DNA from: Candidatus Peregrinibacteria bacterium
GTDB taxonomy: Bacteria > Patescibacteriota > Gracilibacteria > UBA1369 > LOWO2-01-FULL-3
Assembly: GCA_030688025.1 (NCBI GenBank)
Contig: JAUYJL010000010.1
Span: 6,814 to 70,813, forward strand
Direction: 5' to 3'
Length of the DNA stretch: 64,000 bases
The position numbers and the translations under genes were made by a program. A model generated the notes under the pieces. The model did no database searches. It was not told where the DNA came from and worked only from the letters and a program-made list of their open reading frames with translations. This document shows positions 45,203-54,972 of this stretch, one piece after another (the stretch's first letter is position 1; each line of letters opens with the position of its first letter).

Positions 45203-46397
45203 AAATCTTACTTGACATGAGTAGAATAATATCGCGGTATTCTTTATTTCCGCTTAGGGCAAATGTGTAACCGCCTACCTTTACAAATATACTGATTGTG
45301 CCATCGGTGCTTGTTTCCACGGCTTCAAATGCTCCGAACTTGAGTTTTTTGCCGGAAGGTAAATCTCCGGAAAGAAGATCAAGTCCGATAATTTCTTCGC
45401 CGTCAGCCGTCTCAGTGAAGGAATAATGGTAGGAAGATCCCGTAAGAGAAGCTTTTTCTCCGGAGTAATACCATTTCGCAGGATATTCACCTTTAAAGTG
45501 AAACGGCATACTTTCAAAAATAGAAAATTTCATATCGAGTATCGGCAAATTTTCTTCCGAAACGGAAGAAGAATCTTCCTCTTGAACCGCTGTGGAATCT
45601 GAAATTTCAGAAGTAAATCCGGTAAATTTAAAGCTAGAAAGTATATTGTTGTAAGATTTTTTATTCTCAGCGACGGAAGGATTTCCGGCCACAAAAGAAA
45701 GCTGATAAACAAGCCCATTCCTATACAAATAAACATCCTCATTATTATCGCGGAGAATTCTAAGCGCATCCAATGAATCTTCGCCAATTTTATTTAAATA
45801 TCCGGAAGGATCGCTCATTTGAGGCAAATTTTTATCGGCATAAGCAAACAATGCATCTTTTATCGAATCTTTATTTGGCGCTACAGGATCAAAAACAAAA
45901 GGGGTCTGAAGTATGGAAACCATATCCGGTTTTCCTGAAGTCTCATTTTTCAAGCTGGGAGCGGTAAGAACAATACTGTCGCCAAGATCCTCTAGTTCCC
46001 AATCATTTGGATAATTTATTCCAAATCCAAGATCGGTATTCTTATATGAAACCAAATCTTTATCGGTTTTGTTTTCGGAAAGAACCTCAAGCACAGACAC
46101 GCCGGAAACCTCAAAAACATCATCTTTTGTGTTCATAAAGCCCATCACCTGAACTTTGTTATCAATATATTCGGCACTTCCAAGGTTTAAAACAAGACTT
46201 CGCAGAGGAGTTGTTTTGTTTTTTTCATCTACAAGAATATGACTGCCACCGGAAGTATAAGAAGAAGGCTTCTCCTTCAAAACGCCGATTTTAGTGGTGA
46301 CATTAGCATCATCTTTAAAAAATCCTCCGACGCTACAGCCATAAGCAAAAACAGCAGAGACCAAAAGCACGGAAAAAATAAAAATCTTTTTATTCAT
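45189..46397 (-). CDS. Putative lipoprotein (PsbP-like domains)
   Basis: Signal peptide ending FAYGC; YKNTDLGFGINYPNDW and FKGEYPAKW segments. Confidence 0.7.
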   Translation of the reverse strand: MNKKIFIFSVLLVSAVFAYGCSVGGFFKDDANVTTKIGVLKEKPSSYTSGGSHILVDEKNKTTPLRSLVLNLGSAEYIDNKVQVMGFMNTKDDVFEVSGVSVLEVLSENKTDKDLVSYKNTDLGFGINYPNDWELEDLGDSIVLTAPSLKNETSGKPDMVSILQTPFVFDPVAPNKDSIKDALFAYADKNLPQMSDPSGYLNKIGEDSLDALRILRDNNEDVYLYRNGLVYQLSFVAGNPSVAENKKSYNNILSSFKFTGFTSEISDSTAVQEEDSSSVSEENLPILDMKFSIFESMPFHFKGEYPAKWYYSGEKASLTGSSYHYSFTETADGEEIIGLDLLSGDLPSGKKLKFGAFEAVETSTDGTISIFVKVGGYTFALSGNKEYRDIILLMSSKISSTQ

Positions 46398-46461
46398 AAA
46401 TATTCATTTTTAATTTTTAAACATGTTGCATTATATATGATTTTATGATTAAATAAAAGCG

Positions 46462-46530
46462 ATGTATAAGCAAACAATAATAACAATAAGGCAAACCCCA
46501 CTGGCGAAGCTTATAAGGCGTCAGTGCTGA
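46462..46530 (+). CDS. Putative arg operon leader peptide MYKQTIITIRQTPLAKLIRRQC
   Basis: 22-codon ORF with Arg codons AGG(10), AGG(19), CGT(20), overlapping the antiterminator arm. Confidence 0.65.
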   Translation: MYKQTIITIRQTPLAKLIRRQC

Positions 46531-46581
46531 CGCATACAATAAAATTGTTACTTATAGCTTCGCAAAGGCGAAGCTTTTTTT
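46504..46581 (+). promoter_or_regulatory. Transcription attenuator (antiterminator/terminator)
   Basis: Terminator AGCTTCGC-aaag-GCGAAGCT plus T-run (46556-46581); alternative pairing of GCGAAGCTTATAAG (46504-46517) with CTTATAGCTTCGC (46551-46563). Confidence 0.75.
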
Positions 46582-46604
46582 ATACATACTAAATTACAAA
46601 AACA

Positions 46605-47526
46605 ATGAAAAACTTACTAAAAATAACAGACCTGTCTAAAGATGAGATTTTGAAAATTTTATCCGATGCTGCTGATTTACAACAACAATATCTGGAAACA
46701 GGGCAAAACACGGAATATTTTAGCAAAAAAACGATAGCGATGATATTCGAAAAACCATCTCTGCGAACCCGTTTGGCATTCGAAATAGGGGCAAACCACT
46801 TGGGGAGGCAACGCAATTTATCTTACAAGTAATGATATTCTTGCGAGTGGAGCAAATATCCACGGACGTGAATCCATAGAAGATATAGCAAAAAATCTGG
46901 AAAATTTTGCCGACATAATTCTTGCACGTGTATATTCACACAAAACAATTTCCGCATTAGCGAAAACATGTAAAATCCCGGTAATAAACGGATTATGCGA
47001 CATGCACCATCCTACGCAAACTTTAGCCGATCTTTACACGATAAAGGAACAGCTTGGAGGATTTCCGAAAGATTTAAAAGTGGCATACGTAGGTGATGGC
47101 TGTAATACGGCGAATTCACTTCTGCTTGGATGTGACATAATGGGAATAAATTTTTCTTCAGCAAGCCCGGAAGGATACGAAATCCCAAACGAAATCTTAG
47201 CTCAGGCGAAAAATAAGACATACAGCCTAACAAATGATCCGCAAATCGCGGTAAAAGATGCGGATATAATTTACACCGACACATGGGTTTCGATGGGGGT
47301 TGAAAAAGAACACGAAGAAAGAATGAAAATATTCAAGCCCTTTCAGATAAACGAGGAACTTCTAAAATCGGCAAAACCAAATGTGAAAATAATGCACTGT
47401 CTTCCTGCTCACAGAGGAGAAGAAATCACAGCGGAAGTAATAGACGGTACTCACTCAATAGTCTTCAAACAAGCAGTGTCTAGATTATTCATAGCCAAAG
47501 CTCTTTTGAAATTTTTATTATCTTAA
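46605..47526 (+). pseudogene. argF: Ornithine carbamoyltransferase with a +1 frameshift
   Basis: FEKPSLRTR in the first frame; GRESIED, HPTQTLAD, YTDTWVSMG, HCLPAHRG in the second. One extra G in the G4 run at 46802-46805; removing it gives 306 aa. Confidence 0.9.
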
Positions 47527-47538
47527 TCTTAAACAACA

Positions 47539-48798
47539 ATGAAAACACCAAAAAACACTTACCATAAAGTCTCAAGCTATGAAGCAAAAGAAAACATAGA
47601 CAAAGTACTTTTGCTTTACTCAGGAGGTCTTGATACGTCTGTAATGGTCAAATGGATTCAAGAAATTTATGGCGCTGAAGTTTATGCATTAACTATAAAT
47701 GTAGGCCAAAACGAAGAGGATTATAACGAGATAAAACAAAAAGCCTTAAAACTTGGCGCAAAAAAAGCAATTTTAGTGAACGCACAGGAAGAATTTGCGA
47801 ATGAATATTTATCAAAAGCAATAAAAGCAAACGTGGATTATCAGCATGGATATCATCTATTTTGTCCGCTCGGCCGTGCAGTTATAAGTAAAAAAGCAGT
47901 AGAAATAGCACAAAAAGAAGGTATAAAAATAATAGCTCATGGTTCTACAGGGAAAGGAAATGACCAAGTGCGTTTTGATTCATATATCACCACGCTCGAT
48001 CCGTCGATAAAAATTATGGCTCCGGTACGTGAATACTCAATGACTCGACAAGAAGAATTGAAATATGCCAAAAAACACAATATCCCGATCAAAGCACGAA
48101 ATACTATATATTCATATGATCAAAATTTATGGGGAAATTCCGCAGAAGGAAGCGAAATCTGTGACGTAAAATTAATACCGAAAATGGAGAACATCCTGAT
48201 TCAAAACGCAAACATAAAAGATGCTATAAACGCACCGAGTACGATCACATTAGAATTTGAAAAAGGAATTCCTACAAAACTAAACGGTCATAAACTTTCA
48301 CTCGTAAATCTAATAAAATCGGTCGGAGCGCTTGGTGCCGCACACGGAGTTGGCACAAAAATCCTCACGGAGGATCGTATAGTGGGACTAAAAGTACGTG
48401 GAGTCTACGAAGAACCGGCCGCGGCGATTCTTGTCGAAGCGCATAAAGAACTCGAAAAAGTCGTCTCAACATTTGAAGAAAATGATTTCAAAGAAATGGT
48501 CGACCACAAATGGGCGGCACTTTGTTACCGTGCAAAATGGCATGAACCTTTGATGGGGGATTTAAATGCACTTATCGACAAACAAAATGAAAAAGTTTCA
48601 GGAATTGTCACTATACAAGTGTTCAAGGGAAATGTTTATATCATGGCGATTGATTCAAAATATTCGCTAATAGATGCGAATATGGCGAGTTTCGACACAC
48701 ATGAATTTAACCAGCAAGCGTCCGCAGGATTCATAGAACATTATTCATTCCAACAAAAAATGGCGAACACAATCGCAAAACAATGTGAATTGAAGTAA
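47539..48798 (+). CDS. argG: Argininosuccinate synthase
   Basis: LLYSGGLDTS, AHGSTGKGNDQVRF, DQNLWG, EDRIVGLKVRGVYE.P motifs. Confidence 0.96.
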   Translation: MKTPKNTYHKVSSYEAKENIDKVLLLYSGGLDTSVMVKWIQEIYGAEVYALTINVGQNEEDYNEIKQKALKLGAKKAILVNAQEEFANEYLSKAIKANVDYQHGYHLFCPLGRAVISKKAVEIAQKEGIKIIAHGSTGKGNDQVRFDSYITTLDPSIKIMAPVREYSMTRQEELKYAKKHNIPIKARNTIYSYDQNLWGNSAEGSEICDVKLIPKMENILIQNANIKDAINAPSTITLEFEKGIPTKLNGHKLSLVNLIKSVGALGAAHGVGTKILTEDRIVGLKVRGVYEEPAAAILVEAHKELEKVVSTFEENDFKEMVDHKWAALCYRAKWHEPLMGDLNALIDKQNEKVSGIVTIQVFKGNVYIMAIDSKYSLIDANMASFDTHEFNQQASAGFIEHYSFQQKMANTIAKQCELK

Positions 48799-48802
48799 AT
48801 AT

Positions 48803-48977
48803 GTTAAGGGGAAAGGAGGGAAGAAAGGTGGAAATATGTTTAAAGAAATATTGCTAAAAAAGGAGAGCATCATGATGCTCTCCTTCGCGAAGGGCGTACA
48901 TGTTAGCCCGAGCGATGCGCGAATGCGCTTTAGTTATTTTTTTAAATATGTTTCCACCTTTCTTCCCTTCTCCTAAC
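48803..48977 (+). repeat. Large structured palindromic element between argG and ruvB (MITE-like or ncRNA)
   Basis: 36-bp stem 48815-48850/48935-48970 enclosing a perfect 26-bp palindrome (48860-48885) and two smaller hairpins. Confidence 0.75.
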
Positions 48978-48981
48978 TTTT

Positions 48982-50007
48982 TTAAAAAATTCTTTTCTGC
49001 AATTTAAGACCAAGATGCTCATAAGCATTATCTGTCGCAATTCTTCCTCTCGCAGTTCTTTCCAGAAAACCCATCTTTATCAAAAACGGTTCGTAAATAT
49101 CTTCGATCGTATCTTGTTCTTCTGAAGTCGCAGCGGAGATTGTATTTAATCCGACAGGTCCACCTTTGAATTTTTCTATGATTACAGAAAGGATTTCTCT
49201 GTCAACACTATCAAGTCCGAGTTCGTCGATTCCCATTGCATCAAGCGCCTCCCTTGTAGCACCAATATCTATCAAAGATTTATTTTTCACGTCGGCATAA
49301 TCGCGCACTCTTTTAAGTAACCGATTTGCGATTCTAGGAATTTCTCTAGAAGATTTTGCAAGAAGAGTCGCCGCATCATCGTCAACTTTACATCCAAGAA
49401 TCCTCGCAGAACGCATTATGATTTGTTTGATTTCATCTGTCGTATAAAACTGAAGTTTCATAACATTACCAAATCTTCCGCGAAGCGGCGCAGAAAGCAT
49501 ACTAACCTTAGTCGTCGCTCCAATAAGGGTAAAATGAGGCAAAGAAATCCTCATAGTCCTTGCAGACGGTCCTTTTCCAAGCACAATATCAATTCCAAAA
49601 TCCTCCATCGCAGAATACAAAACTTCCTCCACAACAGGCTTCAGTCTATGAATTTCATCGATAAACAAAATATCATTCGGTTCAAGATTTGAAACGATAG
49701 ACGCAACGTCACCTTGTTTTTCCAAAGCAGGACCTGAAGTTATACGGATATTTGCGCCGAATTCATTTGCAATGATTTGCGAAAGAGTGGTTTTTCCAAG
49801 CCCCGGCGCACCATGAATCAAAATATGATCCAATCCGTCGCCGCGTTTTTTTGCCGCCTCAATTGCAATTTTTAGATTTTCTTTAGAAGAGGATTGCCCG
49901 ATATATTCATTAAAAGTTTTTGGTCTAAGTACATTCTCAAACTGCACGAAGTCTTGAGTCTCAGCCTTTTTCCCTGTCATCAAATTTTCTTCTTCTCGTT
50001 CAATCAT
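48982..50007 (-). CDS. ruvB: Holliday junction branch migration helicase RuvB
   Basis: LRPKTFNEYIGQ, GAPGLGKTT, FIDEIHR, EDIYEPFL...RTARGR. Confidence 0.97.
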   Translation of the reverse strand: MIEREEENLMTGKKAETQDFVQFENVLRPKTFNEYIGQSSSKENLKIAIEAAKKRGDGLDHILIHGAPGLGKTTLSQIIANEFGANIRITSGPALEKQGDVASIVSNLEPNDILFIDEIHRLKPVVEEVLYSAMEDFGIDIVLGKGPSARTMRISLPHFTLIGATTKVSMLSAPLRGRFGNVMKLQFYTTDEIKQIIMRSARILGCKVDDDAATLLAKSSREIPRIANRLLKRVRDYADVKNKSLIDIGATREALDAMGIDELGLDSVDREILSVIIEKFKGGPVGLNTISAATSEEQDTIEDIYEPFLIKMGFLERTARGRIATDNAYEHLGLKLQKRIF

Positions 50008-50486
50008 TATTGTGGCTTGATATGATATATGAATTTTCGAATTCCCTCCGGATCAGGAGCCTCAGTGTAATCTATGCTAACTGAACTTGCAGCCGTTTCC
50101 AATCTGAATTGTCCATAATCAAATATATAAAATTTAGATATAAAACCTTTTTCCCGAGTTTGTATTTCTTCGATATCGCTCAAAAAAGCCTCGGATTCCC
50201 TGCGCGAAGTCAGTCCTGTCCAATTAATATAAATAATTCTTTCATTGGTAACGATAAGTTTGTCCGACCAATATATTATTGATTTATAGGCACACACAAG
50301 AGCAAATATCAAAAAGAGCCCAGCATTCACGATAATAAATCCAAACAAAGAAAGAGAATTTTTCGCAAGATAAACCAAAAAGAAAAACGGCAAAAAACCG
50401 ACAATCATCCACATCATTTTAAAAACAAAAGGAGTCGGATGGTGATGATAAACCTTCATTATTTGTTCGTCTTTCCTTAAATCCAT
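50007..50486 (-). CDS. Two-TM bacterial PH-domain (bPH_2-like) membrane protein
   Basis: Two TM helices, then LIVTNERII...IEEI...FDYGQFRLETA. Confidence 0.75.
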   Translation of the reverse strand: MDLRKDEQIMKVYHHHPTPFVFKMMWMIVGFLPFFFLVYLAKNSLSLFGFIIVNAGLFLIFALVCAYKSIIYWSDKLIVTNERIIYINWTGLTSRRESEAFLSDIEEIQTREKGFISKFYIFDYGQFRLETAASSVSIDYTEAPDPEGIRKFIYHIKPQ

Positions 50487-50522
50487 AAAAAATATAAAAT
50501 AGTATCGTTACCATTTTAGAAC

Positions 50523-51074
50523 ATGAAGAACATTTTTGCATCAGAAAAAATAAAAGTCATCGATGTCGCCAAATTATCCCTCGGCGGATATCTGCTATAT
50601 ATTGGGATAAATTTTATTGCGAGCATGGCTATACTTTTCGGCGGGATCAAGCTTTATGGATGGCAGATAGGGGATAGGGCACTACCTTTTGTCGATAAAA
50701 ATATTTTAGATCTCTCGTCAAATTTGGATATTGGAATAATAGCTTTTGTGATTGTTTTTGTAATGCCATTGATCGAAGAAATTTTATTTAGAGGGCTGTT
50801 ACAAAGCTATTTAATGGAAACGATAGAGGCAAAAAGCAGTGAATTTCTGCAGAAATTCAAAAATTTGATAGTAGTAATTTCAACTGCGACTACCTACGCC
50901 TTATTGATTGCAACTTTGTTCGGAGGTTTTAATAAAATTCTTCCAATCTTCGTTTTTGGGCTCATTGCAAGCGCCATCACAGTAAAATCAAAATCGTTAT
51001 ATCCAGCAATAATATTGCACATATTAAAGAACCTAAGCTGGATAACTATAGAAATTTTTCTATTCAAACTGTAA
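50523..51074 (+). CDS. CPBP (Abi/CAAX) intramembrane metalloprotease
   Basis: PLIEEILFRG and SLYPAIILHILKN motifs; the middle F.xxH motif looks degenerate. Confidence 0.85.
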   Translation: MKNIFASEKIKVIDVAKLSLGGYLLYIGINFIASMAILFGGIKLYGWQIGDRALPFVDKNILDLSSNLDIGIIAFVIVFVMPLIEEILFRGLLQSYLMETIEAKSSEFLQKFKNLIVVISTATTYALLIATLFGGFNKILPIFVFGLIASAITVKSKSLYPAIILHILKNLSWITIEIFLFKL

Positions 51075-51130
51075 TTACTATTGAAAATTTGGCTTAAACA
51101 GTGTAAAAATCCAAAGTAATCAATTCATAT

Positions 51131-51207
<77 letters not shown>

Positions 51208-51393
51208 CTTATAAACCGACACACTAAACACTAAAAAGATTTTAGAAATTTTTTATAAAAATTTAATATTTTCTTAATGTCGACATGCTAAATTCCTTAT
51301 GTTTACATCAAAATATTTGCCAAACATGTAAACACAAAAGCCTTAATCCATGCCCGAAAGCATGATATAAAAATAGCGAATAATCCAATTCTT

Positions 51394-51567
51394 ATGGCAA
51401 TGACATCTCCAACAGCACCGATACTTTTATCAGAGAAGGATTATGTTCGGTTTGAGAAAATGCTGAAAAGAAATGATAAGAGGACAAAACTCACAAAACA
51501 AGAAAAGGAATTGTGGGAAGGATCAAAGGCTCTTGATGGCGTAGTCAGAGCTATGCTAAATGAATGA
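51394..51567 (+). CDS. Putative 57-aa antitoxin of the GNAT toxin (not in the ORF track)
   Basis: MAMTSPTAPILLSEKDYVRFEKMLKR...; overlaps the GNAT start by 8 nt. Confidence 0.65.
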   Translation: MAMTSPTAPILLSEKDYVRFEKMLKRNDKRTKLTKQEKELWEGSKALDGVVRAMLNE

Positions 51568-52066
51568 TTCTCAAGTAAATTTCTTTCCATTCAAAGACGG
51601 AATGAAGATTCCGGAAGATTTTGAGTATGAAGAAAACCACAAAGATATAATAAATTTCTTCAACAAAAAAGCTTCACAATGTTCAAGAGAATTTATAGCC
51701 AAGATCTTTGTAATGAAAAATACGGACAATGTTTTTTTAGGATACATTGCTCTATCGATATGCAGTATAGGGAAGCAAGATTTAAAAACAACAAAGGCAA
51801 AAGGTCTTTATGAACGTCCGGCAATAAAAATAGGGCAACTTATTATAGACAAAAAACATCAAAACAAAGGCTACGGAAGCATGGCAATAAGATTTGTGAC
51901 GTCAATTGCTATGAAATGGAAGGCATTTATTCCATGCAGGCTTATTGTAGTAGATGCAATAGACGAATCCGCCAAAGAATTCTACAAGAAAAAGAATTTT
52001 CACGAACTAACAGCGAAAAAAGACACTTTAGTGCTGGACTTAGCTCCAATTTTAAAGCTGAAATGA
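51560..52066 (+). CDS. GNAT family toxin (TacT/AtaT-like)
   Basis: GYIAL, PAIKIGQLIIDKKHQNKGYG, LIVVDA...AKEFYKKKNF. Confidence 0.85.
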   Translation: MNDSQVNFFPFKDGMKIPEDFEYEENHKDIINFFNKKASQCSREFIAKIFVMKNTDNVFLGYIALSICSIGKQDLKTTKAKGLYERPAIKIGQLIIDKKHQNKGYGSMAIRFVTSIAMKWKAFIPCRLIVVDAIDESAKEFYKKKNFHELTAKKDTLVLDLAPILKLK

Positions 52067-52070
52067 GTGC

Positions 52071-53999
52071 CTACTTCATCGTCAACATCAGCTTATACAT
52101 CGCATAAGCGACTTCGCCGCGAGTCATTCCACCCGATGGATTTAGTTTTTTTACACCATCTTCGATGACTCCAAGAGTTTTCGCATAAGAGATGTAAGGC
52201 GCGAACCAGTCGCCAACCTTCACATCACTATAAGGGCTCACACCCACGCTTGATCCAACGTCAACGCCCATTCCCGCAAACAAAATCTTGTAAAATTCAG
52301 CTTTATTTACAGTGCTTGTAGGTCTGAAAGTCTTGTCGTCATAACCATTCACGACACCAGCTTTATACGCAGTATACAAATATTTCGCATACCATTCTTT
52401 CGAAGAAGTGTCTTTGAACGGCAAATGACCAGTATCTAATTTTTTGTTTATAGCTTCAAGAATAAATTTCAAAGCCTCAACTCTGTTTACAACATTATCA
52501 GGTTTGAAAGTTCCGTCTCCATATCCACCGATTACTTTTGAATTGGCAAGATAATTCACAGCCTCATAATATTTTGATCCCGCAGGAACATCGGAGAATA
52601 AATCTCCAGTTTTGTTTGCAAGGATTTTAAATTCTTTTGAATAATAAGTTTTTCCGTCAAATTCTAATTTCAATTTATCATTTCCGGCTTTCATGTTTCT
52701 CATTGCATTCACAAATTCTCCATTATTGTTGAATTGAAGACTTGTGAAAATAGAAGAAGTCGCGATGAAATTTCCCCTTACTGAAGACACAACGGCTTCA
52801 CCGCTCATGCCATCTTGATAAACATTTCCATTTTGATCTCTAAGCAAAATCTTGAATTGTGCATTTTGTCCTTCTGTATAAGTGTCATTCACTTCGAATT
52901 CAAAAGTCAAAACAGGAGTTTCAACTTGTACAGGTTGCGCAGATGTTTCTTCAGCCACAGGCGTCTCCACAGGTTGAGTTTCAACCGCAACCGGAGTTTC
53001 CGTAACGGCAGAAGTTCCATCAACGGGAACCGCACTTGTCGCAGTTGCAACTGCGCTATCCGAAGAAGAAGTCGCAGGCTTGTCGCTTGAAGTTACAGCT
53101 GAAGAAGAAGTCGCTCCACTATTAGAATAAACTGCATTTGGGTCAATATAAGCATTCACATATTTCAAAGGATTTATTGTCGTAGCCAAGGCACTTTCTC
53201 TTCCAAGTCCCGCGTTTATCGCAGTGAAAAAATCAAGTCCGGCATCGGTGGCTTCTTTTGTAGTAAAAGGCCAGAAAGGATGCCAAGGAGCTTCACTGTT
53301 ATCTAATTGAAAATGCACATGAGGCGTCGTCGCTGTTCCTGTTTTTCCGCTCGTAGCGATTTGTTGCCCTTTTGTGACAACATCACCGACAGCTACATTC
53401 ACGTCCTTTAAATGGCTGTACGAAGAATAAAGCGTAACTTTTTCGCTCGAATTATTTAAAGTTGGAACATTATTATGCTGAATCACAATATGATGTCCAA
53501 AACCAGATGATTGACCGGAAGCTTTGACGACAGTTCCATTCATAATCGAATAAACAGGAGTTCCTTCCGGAACTTTGATGTCGACAGCAGGATGTGATCC
53601 TGTATTTTCCTTTCCATCCAAAAGATACGTGCTCAAATAAGGCACAGAGTAAGTGATTTTTGCGTTTCTCACTTTGTCATCTGCCGGATTTCCCCATTTC
53701 AAAGTATCCGTAGAAACGGAAAGCTGAGCAGGATCATACTTCGGAGCTTCCACAAGCTCTCCTTCGCTAAATGCATCATAAGCTGATTTGTATTTGTCAG
53801 ATTTTATGTGAGACCAATCTGGAATTTGCCTAACAGGATAAGCAGTCCCGTCGAACGGAGCATGTTGCGGAAATCCCACAACACTCGTATAAATAAGGTT
53901 TGAATACATCCCTCCTACGTACAAAGAAGTGGTAAAAAAGCCTACCAAAAGAAGCGTAAAAATGGGATGCTGGAAGTAATAACTTCTATCTTTTTTCAT
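52071..53999 (-). CDS. M23 peptidase with C-terminal SLH domains
   Basis: HPAVD, YSHL, PHVHF zinc motifs; three FSDV/FKD...F.P...NR.E SLH repeats. Confidence 0.92.
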   Translation of the reverse strand: MKKDRSYYFQHPIFTLLLVGFFTTSLYVGGMYSNLIYTSVVGFPQHAPFDGTAYPVRQIPDWSHIKSDKYKSAYDAFSEGELVEAPKYDPAQLSVSTDTLKWGNPADDKVRNAKITYSVPYLSTYLLDGKENTGSHPAVDIKVPEGTPVYSIMNGTVVKASGQSSGFGHHIVIQHNNVPTLNNSSEKVTLYSSYSHLKDVNVAVGDVVTKGQQIATSGKTGTATTPHVHFQLDNSEAPWHPFWPFTTKEATDAGLDFFTAINAGLGRESALATTINPLKYVNAYIDPNAVYSNSGATSSSAVTSSDKPATSSSDSAVATATSAVPVDGTSAVTETPVAVETQPVETPVAEETSAQPVQVETPVLTFEFEVNDTYTEGQNAQFKILLRDQNGNVYQDGMSGEAVVSSVRGNFIATSSIFTSLQFNNNGEFVNAMRNMKAGNDKLKLEFDGKTYYSKEFKILANKTGDLFSDVPAGSKYYEAVNYLANSKVIGGYGDGTFKPDNVVNRVEALKFILEAINKKLDTGHLPFKDTSSKEWYAKYLYTAYKAGVVNGYDDKTFRPTSTVNKAEFYKILFAGMGVDVGSSVGVSPYSDVKVGDWFAPYISYAKTLGVIEDGVKKLNPSGGMTRGEVAYAMYKLMLTMK

Positions 54000-54060
54000 T
54001 TTGTGTTTGTTTTTGTTTTATTAAATTATAAAATTATATCAAATCCTGAGCAAAAAATCA

Positions 54061-54486
54061 ATGAATAAGGTCACAAAAAGTCCAAAGGAAACACAAGAAA
54101 TAGCATTTTCACTCGTCAAAAAAATCAAAAAAGGAGGTGTAATTTGCCTTTTTGGCAATCTTGGCACGGGCAAAACAATATTTACAAAAGGGCTGGCAGA
54201 AGGGCTGGGCATAGAAAATTTATCAATCAAAAGCCCGACTTATACGTATATCAGACATCACAAAATAAAAGATCAAAATGTTTACCATATTGATTTGTAC
54301 CGACTCGAACAAATCGACGAACTTCTCGCACTTGAGCTTAACGAAATCATGCACAACAAAAAAAATATAATAATAATCGAATGGGCGGACAGAATGGAAA
54401 GTATCTTGCCGGAGAAAAGGATTGACGTGGAAATCTCATATATAGACGACACTTCTAGAGAAATAAAAATAATGGAACGCAAATAA
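54061..54486 (+). CDS. tsaE: tRNA threonylcarbamoyladenosine biosynthesis ATPase
   Basis: GNLGTGKT, SPTY, HIDLYRL, IEWAD motifs. Confidence 0.95.
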   Translation: MNKVTKSPKETQEIAFSLVKKIKKGGVICLFGNLGTGKTIFTKGLAEGLGIENLSIKSPTYTYIRHHKIKDQNVYHIDLYRLEQIDELLALELNEIMHNKKNIIIIEWADRMESILPEKRIDVEISYIDDTSREIKIMERK

Positions 54487-54501
54487 AAAACTTCACCAGT
54501 T

Positions 54502-54972
54502 ATGAAAAAATCAGACATAAAAATCATTTACGAAAAATTCAAAGTTCCACAAAACATAATTTTTCATATGCAAAAAGTGGCTAAGATATGCGAAAAACTC
54601 GCAGAAGAATTTGCGAAGAAAAAAATAAAAATCAGAAAAAATCTAATAATAAAATCCGCACTAGTTCATGACGTTTTTAAAACCTCAGGGAAAGATCATG
54701 CAAAAAAAATGGCGGATTATTTGCGAAAAATTGGCGAAAAAGAAATGGCAAACCTAGTTGAAAAACACGACTTCTGGCAAATCGATAATTTGAAAACTTG
54801 GGATGAAAAAATTTTGTATTACGCGGATAAAAGAACTTACGAAAACCAAGAAGTGTCCCTAAAACGTCGTATCGAAGAAAGTAGAAAGAGGTACCCACAT
54901 CCTTCAAAAGAAGTTCTCGAAACGGAGAGGAAAATGTTTAAACTAGAGAAAGAGTTTAAGACAACTCATTAA
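54502..54972 (+). CDS. HD domain protein
   Basis: HMQKV...ALVHD...H...EKH...YADKR. Confidence 0.85.
   Translation: MKKSDIKIIYEKFKVPQNIIFHMQKVAKICEKLAEEFAKKKIKIRKNLIIKSALVHDVFKTSGKDHAKKMADYLRKIGEKEMANLVEKHDFWQIDNLKTWDEKILYYADKRTYENQEVSLKRRIEESRKRYPHPSKEVLETERKMFKLEKEFKTTH

Noticed and set aside
51208-52070. Integrated element at tRNA-Arg bounded by att repeats
   Set aside because: No duplicate of the tRNA-Arg 3' end found downstream of the GNAT gene.
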